In this document: piece after piece, positions 7,485-18,266 of the stretch
Layout of the letters: every line of letters starts with the position of its first letter
Numbering within the stretch: the stretch's first letter is position 1
Notes under the pieces: generated by a model
Databases searched by the model: none
What the model saw: the letters and a program-made list of their open reading frames with translations, nothing else
What the model was told of the DNA's origin: nothing
Position numbers and translations under genes: made by a program
Assembly (NCBI GenBank): GCA_965263355.1
Contig: CBDHHL010000056.1
Location: 1,504,001 to 1,568,000, forward strand
Length of the DNA stretch: 64,000 nt
Reading direction: 5' to 3'
Source: Leptolyngbyaceae cyanobacterium
Lineage (GTDB): Bacteria > Cyanobacteriota > Cyanobacteriia > Phormidesmidales > Phormidesmidaceae

Positions 7485-9761
7485 TTATCTAACAACCTGT
7501 CCCATATAGTTACTCCATAGCTGGGCGGCTTGGGCACTACTACCATAAGTGGCGCTGTTATCGTCGTTACCAAGCCAGATACCGGTGACGAGGTTAGCGC
7601 TGGGGACAAATCCGACAAACCATAGATCAACACCGTCATTAGTGGTGCCTGTTTTGCCAGCTTCGCCCAGACCCAGGTAAGCGCCACGCCCCGTGCCACT
7701 GTTGACGGTTCCCTGCATAAAAGATGTCATGGTCCGGGCGGTATTGGGGGTAAGCACATCGCGATCGCGATCAGCCCCCTTGTCAATGGCAAAATCAAAG
7801 ATGACGCGGCAAGTATTGCGATCGCGATTATCCTCACAATCGCTACTATCCAATACCCGCTGAATACCATGGGGGCGATTCCAGATGCCATCGTTTGCGA
7901 TCGAGCCCACCGCCCCAGTCATTTCTAACGGGGTTACCCCGCTTTGACCCAACACCAGACCTGGTACCGGATCTAATTCCGATTCAATCCCCATGGTCTG
8001 AGCCAGATTCACAATATTCTCTAAGCCAGCTTCCCGTGCCACTCGCAGGGCAACTACATTTTCTGATCGGGCAAAGCCGTCATACATATCGAGCGTACCG
8101 CCACCCGAGCGACAGCCCTGATAAAACTGCCCACCCCAATTCATATCGCTGCAGCTAAAACCAGTGCTAGCCGCAATATTTTGCTCAAGGGCACTGGCGT
8201 AGGCAAAGACTTTGAATGTGGAACCGGGCTGTCTAATGGCTTGAGATGCGCGATTAAACTGGCTTTGGCTATAGTCGGCACCACCTACCAGGGCCTGGAT
8301 TTCGCCTGTGGATGCCTGTAGGGTAACCAATGCCCCCTGGGAAAAGCCATAGCGATCACCTAAGTTAGCAATGCCTGAACGCATTGAGGTTTCAGCCTGA
8401 CTTTGCATAGCCAAATCCAGGCTCGTTTCCACATAGAAATTACCTTCTCTGGCCAAGCCTATGCCCAAAATCTGGTCTAGTTCATCAAATATATAGCTGT
8501 AAAAATAAGGAGCCCGAATACTCTGCAACTGTTCACGGGCTTTGGGACTAATTTCAATGCGAGAGCGGCGGGCACGACGACCGTCTTCCTGGCTAATCAT
8601 GCCGAGGGCCACCATCCGCTCAATTACGCGATTGCGGTAGTCTAAGGCATCATCGTAGCTTTGGACGGGGTTAAACGCATTTGGGGCAGGTAAAATGCCC
8701 ACTAGGGTGGCCGCTTCTTGAATAGTTAAGTCTTTTGCTGATTTATCAAAATAAAACCGGGACGCATCTTCAAAGCCATAGAGGTTATTGCCCAGATAGA
8801 CTCGGTTGAGATACAGCAACATGATGTAATTTTTGCTGTAAAACGTTTCCAGTTTTAGGGCGACGATCATCTCACGAATTTTGCGCATGGCGCTGTCGTC
8901 GCTGCCGACATATTCTCGGTAAATATTACGGGCCATCTGCTGGGTGATCGTGCTGGCCCCCTCTCGGATAGTGCCGCTCCTGAGGTTGGTTTTAGCCGCG
9001 CGGGCAATGCCCCAAGGATCGACGCCCAAATGCCAGTAGTAGCGTGAGTCTTCAGAGGCGATTACAGCCTGGGGTAAGTATTTAGAATATTCTCGCAGTT
9101 TCGTTTTTTCGATGTGGGCCTGGTTGTTGATCGGGTTAAGTAAGACGCGATCGCCATTTTCGTTGCCATAGACTGACACCGGCCCCTGTACTGATTCGGG
9201 AATAGGATTGATGGGAATTTTGGGCCATTCAATGGCAACGACCCAAAACGTGATCAGGGCAATGCTGCCAGTAAGGCCGTAAAGACCATAGCGAATTGTT
9301 TTGAGGTACCACGGAGCGGGGTTTTGAAACCTTAGAGTGACGGCATCATTGAGTTCTTTTGGTCCCAAGCTGAGCACATCGCCGTCTTGAAGCTTGAAGG
9401 TCTTTAGACGTTTTTTGCCACAGTAGGTGCCGTTGGTGGATTTTTGGTCTTTGAGAACAAAGGGATTGCCCGGTTGGGTGCGATCGCGAGTCAAGGTCAA
9501 ATGAGTCTGACTGACCAACGGGCTGCGAACCACAATGTCACAGTTCTTAGAACTCCGTCCCAGAACATAGTGATCACCCACCAGGTCATATACCTTTTGC
9601 TCGCTGTTATAATCCACCAACAGCTTAGGTACCCGAGCCCCTGGTTTCAAGGCTAACTTGTTGAAATCGACCCGCGCTACATTCTGAAACACCTGGGTCA
9701 CCGTGTCCAAAATCGTGCGGGGCGGCGTTGTCGATGAGTTACGGCGGGGCGGCTGAGTCAT
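7485..9761 (-). CDS. Class A penicillin-binding protein (transglycosylase/transpeptidase) with N-terminal FHA domain
   Basis: FHA GR..SQTH..STNGT; TG motifs EDSRY, GASTITQQ, RKIRE; TP motifs STFK, SEN, KTG. Confidence 0.92.
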   Translation of the reverse strand: MTQPPRRNSSTTPPRTILDTVTQVFQNVARVDFNKLALKPGARVPKLLVDYNSEQKVYDLVGDHYVLGRSSKNCDIVVRSPLVSQTHLTLTRDRTQPGNPFVLKDQKSTNGTYCGKKRLKTFKLQDGDVLSLGPKELNDAVTLRFQNPAPWYLKTIRYGLYGLTGSIALITFWVVAIEWPKIPINPIPESVQGPVSVYGNENGDRVLLNPINNQAHIEKTKLREYSKYLPQAVIASEDSRYYWHLGVDPWGIARAAKTNLRSGTIREGASTITQQMARNIYREYVGSDDSAMRKIREMIVALKLETFYSKNYIMLLYLNRVYLGNNLYGFEDASRFYFDKSAKDLTIQEAATLVGILPAPNAFNPVQSYDDALDYRNRVIERMVALGMISQEDGRRARRSRIEISPKAREQLQSIRAPYFYSYIFDELDQILGIGLAREGNFYVETSLDLAMQSQAETSMRSGIANLGDRYGFSQGALVTLQASTGEIQALVGGADYSQSQFNRASQAIRQPGSTFKVFAYASALEQNIAASTGFSCSDMNWGGQFYQGCRSGGGTLDMYDGFARSENVVALRVAREAGLENIVNLAQTMGIESELDPVPGLVLGQSGVTPLEMTGAVGSIANDGIWNRPHGIQRVLDSSDCEDNRDRNTCRVIFDFAIDKGADRDRDVLTPNTARTMTSFMQGTVNSGTGRGAYLGLGEAGKTGTTNDGVDLWFVGFVPSANLVTGIWLGNDDNSATYGSSAQAAQLWSNYMGQVVR

Positions 9762-9838
9762 CCTTAGACCATTCAAAAAGACGGATGTTTGAATATGGGT
9801 TCACTATAAACCCTTAATCAATGCTGGCCCCTGATCTC

Positions 9839-9867
9839 GTAGGGGTATTGCATGTAATTACCCCTAC
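9839..9867. repeat. GTAG-type REP-like palindrome (family 1), overlaps the lspA stop codon
   Basis: GTAGGGGTATTGCATGTAATTACCCCTAC. Confidence 0.75.
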
Positions 9868-10358
9868 GACGACGGAGACCGTTTTTCCGTTAGCAAAATC
9901 GCAATCAACAGACACACAATACCCACGTTGATCCAGATATCTGCCAGATTAAACACTGGAAATCGAGTGATCGGAAACGCCTGGATAAAATCCACCACTT
10001 CCCCCGCTTTTACCCGATCAATGCCATTGCCCAGCGCTCCAGCCAAAATAAAGCCCCAGCCTGCCCGCTCCCAGCGATCTTCAATCCGCATGATCAAGCC
10101 GTAGCCAGCAATTCCAATGCTCACAATCACCGACAGCCAGGGTAACAACCAGCGACAGCCATCACCGCTGCAAATACTCCAAGCGGCACCGCGATTAAGC
10201 ACATAGGTAAAGTTCAAGACTCCTGGAATAATCGTCACAGGTTCGCCCAGGGAAAAATTTTGGACAACCCAGTGTTTAGTGATCTGATCTAATAAGAGTC
10301 CAATAAAGGCGGCCACCCAGAACAGGCGATTGACTTGTTTTCTCCTTAATCTGCCCAT
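9864..10358 (-). CDS. lspA: Lipoprotein signal peptidase II
   Basis: DQITK, NRGAAWS, GALGNGIDR, VVDFI, PVFNLAD. Confidence 0.95.
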   Translation of the reverse strand: MGRLRRKQVNRLFWVAAFIGLLLDQITKHWVVQNFSLGEPVTIIPGVLNFTYVLNRGAAWSICSGDGCRWLLPWLSVIVSIGIAGYGLIMRIEDRWERAGWGFILAGALGNGIDRVKAGEVVDFIQAFPITRFPVFNLADIWINVGIVCLLIAILLTEKRSPSS

Positions 10359-10373
10359 GCTGTTATGGCAAAG

Positions 10374-10973
10374 CTAGTAGAACATAATCTGACGCATACC
10401 GTAGGCCAGCACCGAAACTGCACAGACCAGAATGAGCTGCCCTGGAATAGGCGCAATTGAGTACGTGAAAATAGCCTCTGCTAAAGATGCAGGAGCATTT
10501 TCACCAGTCCACTGTAATACATAGGCTAGGGGCAAATACACTAGTCCCACTATGTGAATGGTCAGTAATCCTGCCAAACAGCTGAGGGCTAAGGTCTCTA
10601 GCTTAAGCGTTTCCCAAAATGCCAGGTATCCACAGACCCAGGCCGCTGGAATAAAGCCAAGTAAATAGCCAAAGCTCGGTTCCTTTAAGTAGCTCACCCC
10701 CCCACCCTGGGTAAATACCTGCAGATCAAAAACTTGGAACAGTAGAAGACCCAGGCTGAGATAGGCAACCTGGGACAGCGCAGCTGCGTTTTGCCCGCCT
10801 AGACAGCCGATTAGTAAGACGGCTCCTACTTGAAAGCTCACTCCTAGGGAAAATACCTCTATGCCGTTGCTCCAATGCCAAGGTCCGGTGGTAATGAAGA
10901 CCTCTAGCCATGTGCCTCCAATCGTAAAAATCAAGCCAATTAATGCCCACAGCAACTCTGCCGTTGCAAACAC
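10374..10973 (-). CDS. bioY: Biotin transporter BioY
   Basis: Polytopic; FTQGGGVSYL..PSFGYLLGF motif; bioY-lspA-PBP synteny is common in cyanobacteria. Confidence 0.9.
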   Translation of the reverse strand: MFATAELLWALIGLIFTIGGTWLEVFITTGPWHWSNGIEVFSLGVSFQVGAVLLIGCLGGQNAAALSQVAYLSLGLLLFQVFDLQVFTQGGGVSYLKEPSFGYLLGFIPAAWVCGYLAFWETLKLETLALSCLAGLLTIHIVGLVYLPLAYVLQWTGENAPASLAEAIFTYSIAPIPGQLILVCAVSVLAYGMRQIMFY

Positions 10974-11054
10974 CTATATAGTCCTCACGGTGACGGTGGC
11001 TTATTTTATCGTTTCTGGTTGCGGTGTGATTCTAAGAATGGCGGGGTTTAAGAA

Positions 11055-11119
11055 TGGTGGGTTGCTTGGGTATTGGCCTGATTGCAAAAAATTGAGGTAT
11101 GAGTATCAACCCACCCTAC
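11055..11119 (-). repeat. Long bipartite GTAG-type REP-like element (family 2)
   Basis: Minus strand GTAGGGTGGGTTGA-N~40-GCAACCCACCA; related copies at 63255 and 63490. Confidence 0.6.
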
Positions 11120-11194
11120 GATATCTCTAACATTACTTTTTTTAATTTCCCTGAAAATATACCCCCGTCAAGGTTTTAGACTGTTTACTTAATC

Positions 11195-11268
11195 CGATCA
11201 CGTCCAAGTTGATATCTGTAGGTTCTGCTACGGAAGCACTCTAATTCTGGATGTGAAAAATATTCAAT
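11195..11268 (+). mobile_element. 73-bp MITE-like element, copy A (degenerate ends)
   Basis: cacGTCCAAGTTGAtAtCTGTAGgTTCTgCTACGGAAgcACTCtAaTTCTGGAtGTG aligns to the reverse complement of 54412-54484. Confidence 0.65.
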
Positions 11269-11290
11269 ACGGCTTTCTTTAAGAATTACC

Positions 11291-12277
11291 ATGTTTCCCA
11301 CTCATCGTCCCCGCCGGTTGCGCAACCATCCCCAATTGCGTCGTATGGTCCGTGAAAATGCTGTTACCACTAGCGATTTTATCTATCCTCTGTTTGCAGT
11401 TCCCGGTGCAGGTATTGCAAATGAAGTTAAGTCGATGCCCGGTGTGTACCAGCTGTCGGTGGACAAAATTGTAGAGGAAGCGAAAGAGGTTTACGACTTG
11501 GGGATTCCATCGATTATTTTATTTGGAATTCCAGACGGTAAAGATGATAATGCGACGGGCGCATGGCACGACTGTGGCATCGTGCAAAAAGCCACAGAGG
11601 CAGTAAAAAAGGCTGTGCCTGAGTTGATCGTGACGGTGGATACCTGTCTTTGTGAATACACCCCCCATGGTCACTGTGGCTATCTGGAAGTGGGGGACCT
11701 CACTGGCCGAGTATTAAACGATCCGACGCTAGAACTATTGAAGAAAACGGCTGTTTCCCAGGCCAATGCAGGGGCCGATATTATTGCCCCGTCTGGCATG
11801 ATGGATGGCTTTGTGGGAGCTATTCGTTCGGGACTAGATGACGCCGGCTTTGAAAATATTCCGATTTTGTCCTACGCCGCTAAGTATGCGTCGTCTTACT
11901 ATGGGCCATTTCGGGATGTGGCCGAGTCTGCTCCTCAGTTTGGCGATCGGCGTACCTACCAAATGGATCCGGCCAACGGTCAGGAAGCCCTCAAAGAAAT
12001 TGAACTGGATATTGCCGAAGGCGCTGACATGTTAATGGTGAAGCCAGCCCTTGCTTACATGGACATTATTTGGCGAGTCAAAGAGGCCAGCAATCTGCCT
12101 GTAGCTGCTTACAATGTCTCTGGAGAATATTCCATGGTCAAAGCGGCATCGCTTAATGGCTGGGTAGATGAAGAAAAGCTAGTTATGGAAACCATGATGG
12201 GCTTTAAGCGTTCAGGAGCCGACTTGATTTTGTCGTATCACGCCAAGGATGTCGCTCGTTGGCTAAAAGGACAATAA
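11291..12277 (+). CDS. hemB: Porphobilinogen synthase (ALA dehydratase)
   Basis: [42 protein letters not shown]. Confidence 0.98.
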   Translation: MFPTHRPRRLRNHPQLRRMVRENAVTTSDFIYPLFAVPGAGIANEVKSMPGVYQLSVDKIVEEAKEVYDLGIPSIILFGIPDGKDDNATGAWHDCGIVQKATEAVKKAVPELIVTVDTCLCEYTPHGHCGYLEVGDLTGRVLNDPTLELLKKTAVSQANAGADIIAPSGMMDGFVGAIRSGLDDAGFENIPILSYAAKYASSYYGPFRDVAESAPQFGDRRTYQMDPANGQEALKEIELDIAEGADMLMVKPALAYMDIIWRVKEASNLPVAAYNVSGEYSMVKAASLNGWVDEEKLVMETMMGFKRSGADLILSYHAKDVARWLKGQ

Positions 12278-12405
12278 AATAGTCTGAAAGCATAAAACCT
12301 AAACAGGGTGACAAAACCTTGTACAAGCGTAACAATAATTAACGAATATCCCAAATAGAGATGTTCGTTAATTTTCACCGTTCGCCCACTTACGAGTTTT
12401 AGCCC

Positions 12406-12732
12406 TTGAGCACCTTTCCAGACGCCATTCCCCAGTCCCATGATGCTAATGGCCACGGCCATACCCACAGCGAGGAATCGCTCAAACGCATTGTTAATCG
12501 TTTGTCGCGTATTGAAGGCCATGTGCGTGGCATTAAGACGATGGTGCATGAAGGCAGACCCTGTCCTGATGTCCTCGTACAAGTTGCTGCTGTGCGAGGA
12601 GCCCTTGATCGGGTAGCCCGATTGATTTTGGACGAACATCTGAGTGAATGCATTAGTCGGGCTGTGACTGAGGGCAACATTGAAGCGGAGTTGACTGAGC
12701 TAAAAGCTGCCCTCGATCGTTTTTTTGATTGA
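12406..12732 (+). CDS. CsoR/RcnR-family metal-sensing repressor (InrS-like)
   Basis: His-rich N-terminus HGHTH, RLSRIEGHVRG, PCPDVL, HLSEC. Confidence 0.9.
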   Translation: MSTFPDAIPQSHDANGHGHTHSEESLKRIVNRLSRIEGHVRGIKTMVHEGRPCPDVLVQVAAVRGALDRVARLILDEHLSECISRAVTEGNIEAELTELKAALDRFFD

Positions 12733-13084
12733 GACTAATTGTGCTCGTTTAGTCGACACATAACTCAGAATTCTTCGACCAATATTGCGAAAGATTTCGA
12801 AATACTACGAGAATGACATTCTCTGCTTTCGTTACAACATCAGGTGGCGATAGGTTTATGGCGTTTTGTTGTCAGTTTAAGCAGGTAGATCTTCGGGTGT
12901 CTGCGTAAAAAAATGTAATGTAAAGCCTCATCAAAACGTTTTACGGTAGCAACTATGGTGATGTCCCTAGTCCTTGAACGCATGTACGTTTGGGCCTAAT
13001 TTCAGTCGTATCGATGCTGTTTAACCCATCGTCCTAGGCAGACATCGGACGATATTAAATTCATTTAACGTCGAGATATTTAGT

Positions 13085-13801
13085 ATGAGCAGCAATTTAG
13101 CCGAGAAGCTCAAGACAGGTACGCAGAAAGCACATACGATGGCCGAGAATGTAGGTTTTGTTCGTTGTTTTTTGCGTGGCGTTGTTGAGAAGAAGTCCTA
13201 CCGTAAGCTGGTAGCTAACTTCTACTATGTTTACGCTGCCATGGAAGAAGAATTGGAACGTCACAAGGATCATCCTGTCGTTTCATCGGTTTACTATCCT
13301 GAGCTATATCGTAAGGAAACGTTGGAGACTGATCTGGCCTATTACTATGGTCCCAATTGGAAAGAGCAGATTTCTATCTCTCCAGCGGGTCAGGCATATG
13401 TTGATCGGATTCGTGACGTGTCTAACAAGTCGCCTGAGTTACTGATTGGTCATTCTTATACACGTTATTTGGGTGATTTGTCTGGTGGGCAGATTCTTAA
13501 GAACATTGCCCAGCGTGCTATGAATCTAGCTGATAACGAAGGGGTGGCTTTTTACGAGTTTCCCACAATTTCTGATGAGGGTGCGTTTAAGGATACGTAT
13601 CGCAGTACTATCAATGCAGCTCCTATCGATGATGTGATGGCAGATCAGATTGTCGATGAGGCAAATGATGCCTTTGGTATCAATATGCAGCTGTTCCAAG
13701 AGCTTGAAGGCAACTTGGTCAAGGCCATTGGCCAGATGTTATTCAACAGTCTCACCCGTGGCCGCCGTCGTGGTAGCACTGAACTAGTCACGGCTGAATA
13801 G
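13085..13801 (+). CDS. ho1: Heme oxygenase (biliverdin-producing)
   Basis: HTMAENVGF, HSYTRYLGDLSGGQIL, EAN.AF..N. Confidence 0.96.
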   Translation: MSSNLAEKLKTGTQKAHTMAENVGFVRCFLRGVVEKKSYRKLVANFYYVYAAMEEELERHKDHPVVSSVYYPELYRKETLETDLAYYYGPNWKEQISISPAGQAYVDRIRDVSNKSPELLIGHSYTRYLGDLSGGQILKNIAQRAMNLADNEGVAFYEFPTISDEGAFKDTYRSTINAAPIDDVMADQIVDEANDAFGINMQLFQELEGNLVKAIGQMLFNSLTRGRRRGSTELVTAE

Positions 13802-13841
13802 GGTTTCTGACGATTAGCTGATTCAAGCTCAAAAATCATAG

Positions 13842-13878
13842 AAATAGGCAGTATTCCACCGGAGTGCTGCCTATTTTT
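13842..13878 (+). terminator. Intrinsic terminator after ho1
   Basis: AAATAGGCAGTATTCC-acc-GGAGTGCTGCCTATTTTT. Confidence 0.85.
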
Positions 13879-14206
13879 AGTGCTGCATAATTTAGGGCTT
13901 GTCCTTTGGGGACTACTGCTGTATTGTTAGGCTCGATTTCTAAACAGCGGGTACACTAGTCTCGATTCCTGATGGGCTATGTTTGCTGAGAATAGTCAGC
14001 TCGGCAGTTGATGACTTTATATTGAGTGCCGGAAAATACTGGACAAGTTTATCTTTTCTGTTATTTTTTGGTGAGGTGTGGGAGATTAAGCCTGTATACG
14101 TTCATCATCCCAGTTCTTTTGAGGGGAGGATTGCAGTTTAAGGCTACTGTGTAACCACATCGCGTTTGAGCAATTATGCGCTCTAACGCTTGGGGCAACG
14201 CTAAAA

Positions 14207-14806
14207 GTGAGGAGTAAACGAGTGGGTTTTGCCGTTAGGGCTGATCAAAATAAGAGCGATGGCGTTCAAAGCTCTAGAAAGCAGAATCTGGTATTACTGC
14301 GTCCTGTTAAAAATCTAAATTCAGTGGCGACTGAGCGCCTGTTTGAGGCTCCTGTGCAGACCGTTCCTTCCGGGGCATCGTCATCACAGACTCTGCCAAA
14401 TGAGGTAGCTACTCAGCCTGCTGAGGTGAAGCAGCTGCCCAAATCACCGCGATTGCCGCTTGGGCTCAAATTGTTGGTGGGTATACAGCAGGGGTCCACT
14501 GTGGTTACCGGGGGATTAGTGACAACAGCTCTAATTATCTATAGTTGGACGGTTTACTTAGATAAAGCGGTTGCTCGTTCCTTTCAACATCTGGAAACCC
14601 TTAAGGCTTCGATTCAGCAGGTAACGACTGTAAATGCCACCTTAAAAAACAGTATGGCTGAGCAGGCAGAACTGCCTACGGCTGGATTTAAACCCTTTGA
14701 ACCTAAGCGTGCTATCTTCGTGTCACCTGCCCCGGTACGTGCATCTGTTGAGCTTGACTTGGAGCCTGAACCTCAGTCTTCTATGCCCCATCCAATGGGG
14801 TATTAA
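14207..14806 (+). CDS. Bitopic membrane protein with coiled coil immediately upstream of ftsI (FtsL-like candidate)
   Basis: Single TM segment followed by heptad helix and Pro-rich tail; start uncertain. Confidence 0.65.
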   Translation: MRSKRVGFAVRADQNKSDGVQSSRKQNLVLLRPVKNLNSVATERLFEAPVQTVPSGASSSQTLPNEVATQPAEVKQLPKSPRLPLGLKLLVGIQQGSTVVTGGLVTTALIIYSWTVYLDKAVARSFQHLETLKASIQQVTTVNATLKNSMAEQAELPTAGFKPFEPKRAIFVSPAPVRASVELDLEPEPQSSMPHPMGY

Positions 14807-14816
14807 TCCATTCTCT

Positions 14817-16544
14817 ATGGTTACGCAGCCATCCAGTCCAGAACGTCGTCAGCGCCGTCCCCACCAATTGTCATCACCTCGGTTTCGCTTGGTGACAGTT
14901 TGGGCATTCATGGTGCTAGTTATGTTTGGGCTGAGTGCTCGTGTTGCCCGTTTACAGCTGGTCGTAGGAGACGAGCTTAAAGCTCAGGCTCAACAACAGC
15001 GTCAAAATTCACCCCAAGTTCCGCGGGCATCGCGTCGGCCTATTATTGATCGCCAGGGCAATTTGCTAGCAGTGGACCAGGTGGTCTATACCATCTACGC
15101 GCATCCCATGTTGTTTGGCCGTCCCCGCGAAGAGGTGGCTGGCACCCTGGAGAATTTGCTGGGGCAACCTCAAGGTACGTTGCTGCAACGTTTTCAGCAG
15201 CAGGAAACGGGGATTCAGGTGGCTGTAGATGTGTCGGAAGAACTGGCCAAGCGTATCCGTGATATGCGGCTGGATGGTCTGGAGTTTTTGCCTAGCCAGC
15301 AACGGTTTTATCCACAACAGGCATTGATGTCTCAGTTGGTGGGGTATATCAATCTGGAGGGAGTACCTCAGGCTGGGTTAGAGTATGCATTGCAAGAAAA
15401 ATTGCTATACAAGCTAGATGATGCGCCATTGCCCCATTCGCTGCAACAGTTGCCTAACCGTGATGGTCTCAGGCTACAGCTGACGGTGGACAGTCGTTTA
15501 CAACGGATTGCTCAACGCAATTTGGAGGACACTGTGCGTCAATATGGGGCTAAACAAGGGGCCGTGATTGTGATGGATAGCCGTAATGGGGCGGTTTTAT
15601 CGTTAGCGGTTGCGCCTACTTATAATCCCAATCGCTACTACGAAGCGGAGGTTGAGCAGTTTAAGAACTGGGTAGTGAGCGATTTATACGAGCCAGGTTC
15701 GACGTTTAAACCAATCAATGTTGCGATCGCCCTTGAAGAAGGCATTATTTCCCCTGATGACTATATCTATGACGAAGGTCGTCTGCAATATGAGCAATGG
15801 ACCATCCAAAATGCTGATTACAGAGCCGTAGGGGGACGGGGAGCCATTACCATTACCGACGTGTTACGCCATTCAAGCAACGTCGGGATGGTTCACATTA
15901 TGGAGCAGTTAAAACGCTCGGACTATTATGACTGGCTGGAAAAATTAGGCTTAGGAGAACTCATGGGTATTGAGCTACCGGCTGAGGCACCGGCCCAACT
16001 TAAGAGTCGTTCTCAGTTCGTTAATAGTGCAGTCGAGGCGGCAACCACATCATTTGGTCAAGGATTTTCCCTGAATCCTATGCAACAGGTTCAGTTGCAT
16101 GCCGCCCTGGCCAATGGTGGTCAGTTAGTCACTCCCCATGTGGTACGAGGGTTAGTTGACCAAGGGGGAAATCCTACATGGCAGCCTGTGCGACCGCCTG
16201 CCAAACGCATTTTTTCTGAGGAAACTACCCAGGCGGTGCTGAGGATGATGGAGGCCGTGGTGGAATCCGGGTCGGGACAAAACGCACAGGTCGCAAATTA
16301 TCGGGTGGCGGGTAAGACAGGCACCGCCCAAAAAGCAAATGCCTACGGTGAGTACGGGGATGGTCGCCTGGTTAGCTTTGTGGGAATTGTGCCGGTGGAA
16401 AATCCTCGCTATGTAGTGTTGGCTGTGATTGATGAACCTTTAGGTGAAGATGCCTATGGCTCGTCCGTTTCTGCCCCTCTAGTTAGATCGGTGGTTGAGT
16501 CCCTGGTGGTCATGGCAGGGGTACCTCCCTCGGTGGCAGAGTAA
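14817..16544 (+). CDS. ftsI: Class B penicillin-binding protein (FtsI/PBP3)
   Basis: [40 protein letters not shown] at 14817 follows the upstream stop. Confidence 0.9.
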   Translation: MVTQPSSPERRQRRPHQLSSPRFRLVTVWAFMVLVMFGLSARVARLQLVVGDELKAQAQQQRQNSPQVPRASRRPIIDRQGNLLAVDQVVYTIYAHPMLFGRPREEVAGTLENLLGQPQGTLLQRFQQQETGIQVAVDVSEELAKRIRDMRLDGLEFLPSQQRFYPQQALMSQLVGYINLEGVPQAGLEYALQEKLLYKLDDAPLPHSLQQLPNRDGLRLQLTVDSRLQRIAQRNLEDTVRQYGAKQGAVIVMDSRNGAVLSLAVAPTYNPNRYYEAEVEQFKNWVVSDLYEPGSTFKPINVAIALEEGIISPDDYIYDEGRLQYEQWTIQNADYRAVGGRGAITITDVLRHSSNVGMVHIMEQLKRSDYYDWLEKLGLGELMGIELPAEAPAQLKSRSQFVNSAVEAATTSFGQGFSLNPMQQVQLHAALANGGQLVTPHVVRGLVDQGGNPTWQPVRPPAKRIFSEETTQAVLRMMEAVVESGSGQNAQVANYRVAGKTGTAQKANAYGEYGDGRLVSFVGIVPVENPRYVVLAVIDEPLGEDAYGSSVSAPLVRSVVESLVVMAGVPPSVAE

Positions 16545-17139
16545 AGACAGCTTGTTCTAATTTCTGGACAGCTCGCTCCAGGTCGTCGTTAACGATTTGG
16601 ATATCAAATTCGATAGCAGCCTCGATTTCGACCTTAGCGCGGGCCAGTCGTTTTGCGATCGCAACCTCAGAATCTTGACCCCGTTGACGAATTCGGGCTT
16701 CTAGTTCCTCTAGGCTGGGGGGTAGCACAAAAATTTGCCGCGCTTCTGGCAGGGTTTTTCGCACCTGACGAGCCCCTTCCAGTTCAATTTCCAAAATCAC
16801 TACGCTGCCATGGGAAATCATGCTGTCTAGAGGGTGGCGGGGGGTACCGTAGTAATTGCCAGCAAATTCGGCCCATTCCAGTAGCTGGTCCTGATTTACC
16901 AGGGCATCAAATTCAGGACGGGATAAGAAGTAATAATGTTTACCATGCTTCTCCCCTGGCCGGGGTTGGCGAGTCGTAGCAGAAATCGATAGCTGAATAT
17001 CTGGATGGCGCTTAAGCAATTGACGCAATAGGGTCCCTTTTCCCACACCGCTAGGGCCTGTGAAGACAATCAGTTGCCCCAAGACTGGAGATTGTGCAGC
17101 GGTTTGTGAACTCAGGGGCAATGATGATATTGAAGCCAT
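16510..17139 (-). CDS. gmk: Guanylate kinase
   Basis: [34 protein letters not shown]; 35-bp convergent overlap with ftsI. Confidence 0.96.
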   Translation of the reverse strand: MASISSLPLSSQTAAQSPVLGQLIVFTGPSGVGKGTLLRQLLKRHPDIQLSISATTRQPRPGEKHGKHYYFLSRPEFDALVNQDQLLEWAEFAGNYYGTPRHPLDSMISHGSVVILEIELEGARQVRKTLPEARQIFVLPPSLEELEARIRQRGQDSEVAIAKRLARAKVEIEAAIEFDIQIVNDDLERAVQKLEQAVFTLPPREVPLP

Positions 17140-17149
17140 AGTGAACCCC

Positions 17150-17884
17150 TCAATCGTTTGGTAAATCAAACAGTACCGTTGTCATATATCGTTCAGCCCA
17201 AACCGGATCGAAGGCTTTTTCTAAGATGCGGCGGGTTTTATCATTTTGCTGCTGATGGGTGCAATAGTTGCGTTGTCCGGCCAGAATCTCCGCTCGTTGC
17301 CCAGGGGTGGCAGGCGTAGCCTTGGCTTGTTGACAGTGCAAGGTCAGGTAGTGGCTAACTTGATTTAAGAAACGCTTTTGTTCTTGGGGGCCGATGGGTT
17401 TAACAAAACAACAGTAGTCTGAAAAGATATGTCCCCAGCTAGGTAGCTCCCTGGGATGGCTATAGCCAGCGGTCCCCATACCTGCCAGTCCATGGTTATA
17501 AGCCGTGGGTAACCCGTCGGCACTAATGGGGGATAGATCCACAACAGCAGCACTGATTTGACCACGACCACTGACAATGTCACAACCAAACATTGGTAAT
17601 ACATAGTCTGGACGAGGAAACATGACACAGTGAAGAATATCCAGATTGGGACCCACCTGAGCAAGTTCTAGATGAAGTTTACGGAACTCTGGGGTTTGAT
17701 AGCAGACATTCTCAATGACTAACCGTTCACCTTCCAGACGGCTTTCTACATAGCCCAAATCATTAGGCAGATGATACGGCGATAAGGCCAGATAACGCTG
17801 CCAGGTTACTTCAATAATATCGGCCAGGTCACAGATGGCAGAATGCTGATGCTGGCGTATGGAAGACTTTACCGTAATCGACAT
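17150..17884 (-). CDS. pcyA: Phycocyanobilin:ferredoxin oxidoreductase
   Basis: [42 protein letters not shown]. Confidence 0.96.
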   Translation of the reverse strand: MSITVKSSIRQHQHSAICDLADIIEVTWQRYLALSPYHLPNDLGYVESRLEGERLVIENVCYQTPEFRKLHLELAQVGPNLDILHCVMFPRPDYVLPMFGCDIVSGRGQISAAVVDLSPISADGLPTAYNHGLAGMGTAGYSHPRELPSWGHIFSDYCCFVKPIGPQEQKRFLNQVSHYLTLHCQQAKATPATPGQRAEILAGQRNYCTHQQQNDKTRRILEKAFDPVWAERYMTTVLFDLPND

Positions 17885-18108
17885 GGATGAGCGTTCAGTT
17901 CACCTTATAGACAGAGCGGACTGCACCATTAGAAAAACGGTATCGTCGCTGATGGAGGAATATTTCAAGTTTACAGCAGTGCTTAGGGCTCAGGCAGAAT
18001 TGACGAGTGATGATTCAATTCGTCACGTTATTCCTGATGTAGCGGATTTTTTTGGGAAAAGATGTGTACTTAGTTGTTTCCCTTATTAGGGAATAACAAG
18101 GGTCATGC

Positions 18109-18181
18109 TAAACCTTATCGATGGCCAGAAAGGTCGTTTTTCCGGTGAAGAATCCACAGGTTTCAACGTGGACGTGGTTTA
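18109..18181 (-). mobile_element. 73-bp MITE-like element, copy B
   Basis: TAAACCTTaTCgAtGgCCAGAA...GTTTTTCCGgtGAAGAAtCcACAGGTTTCAACgTGGACgTGGTTTA; same length as, and colinear with, 54412-54484. Confidence 0.75.
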
Positions 18182-18266
18182 GCATTTTCAGTGTCGAATA
18201 CTGTTTGGCCTAAGCCTCCACTTTTTGTTGCCCCGCTTCAACGTTACACACACTTTTTCCTACGCT

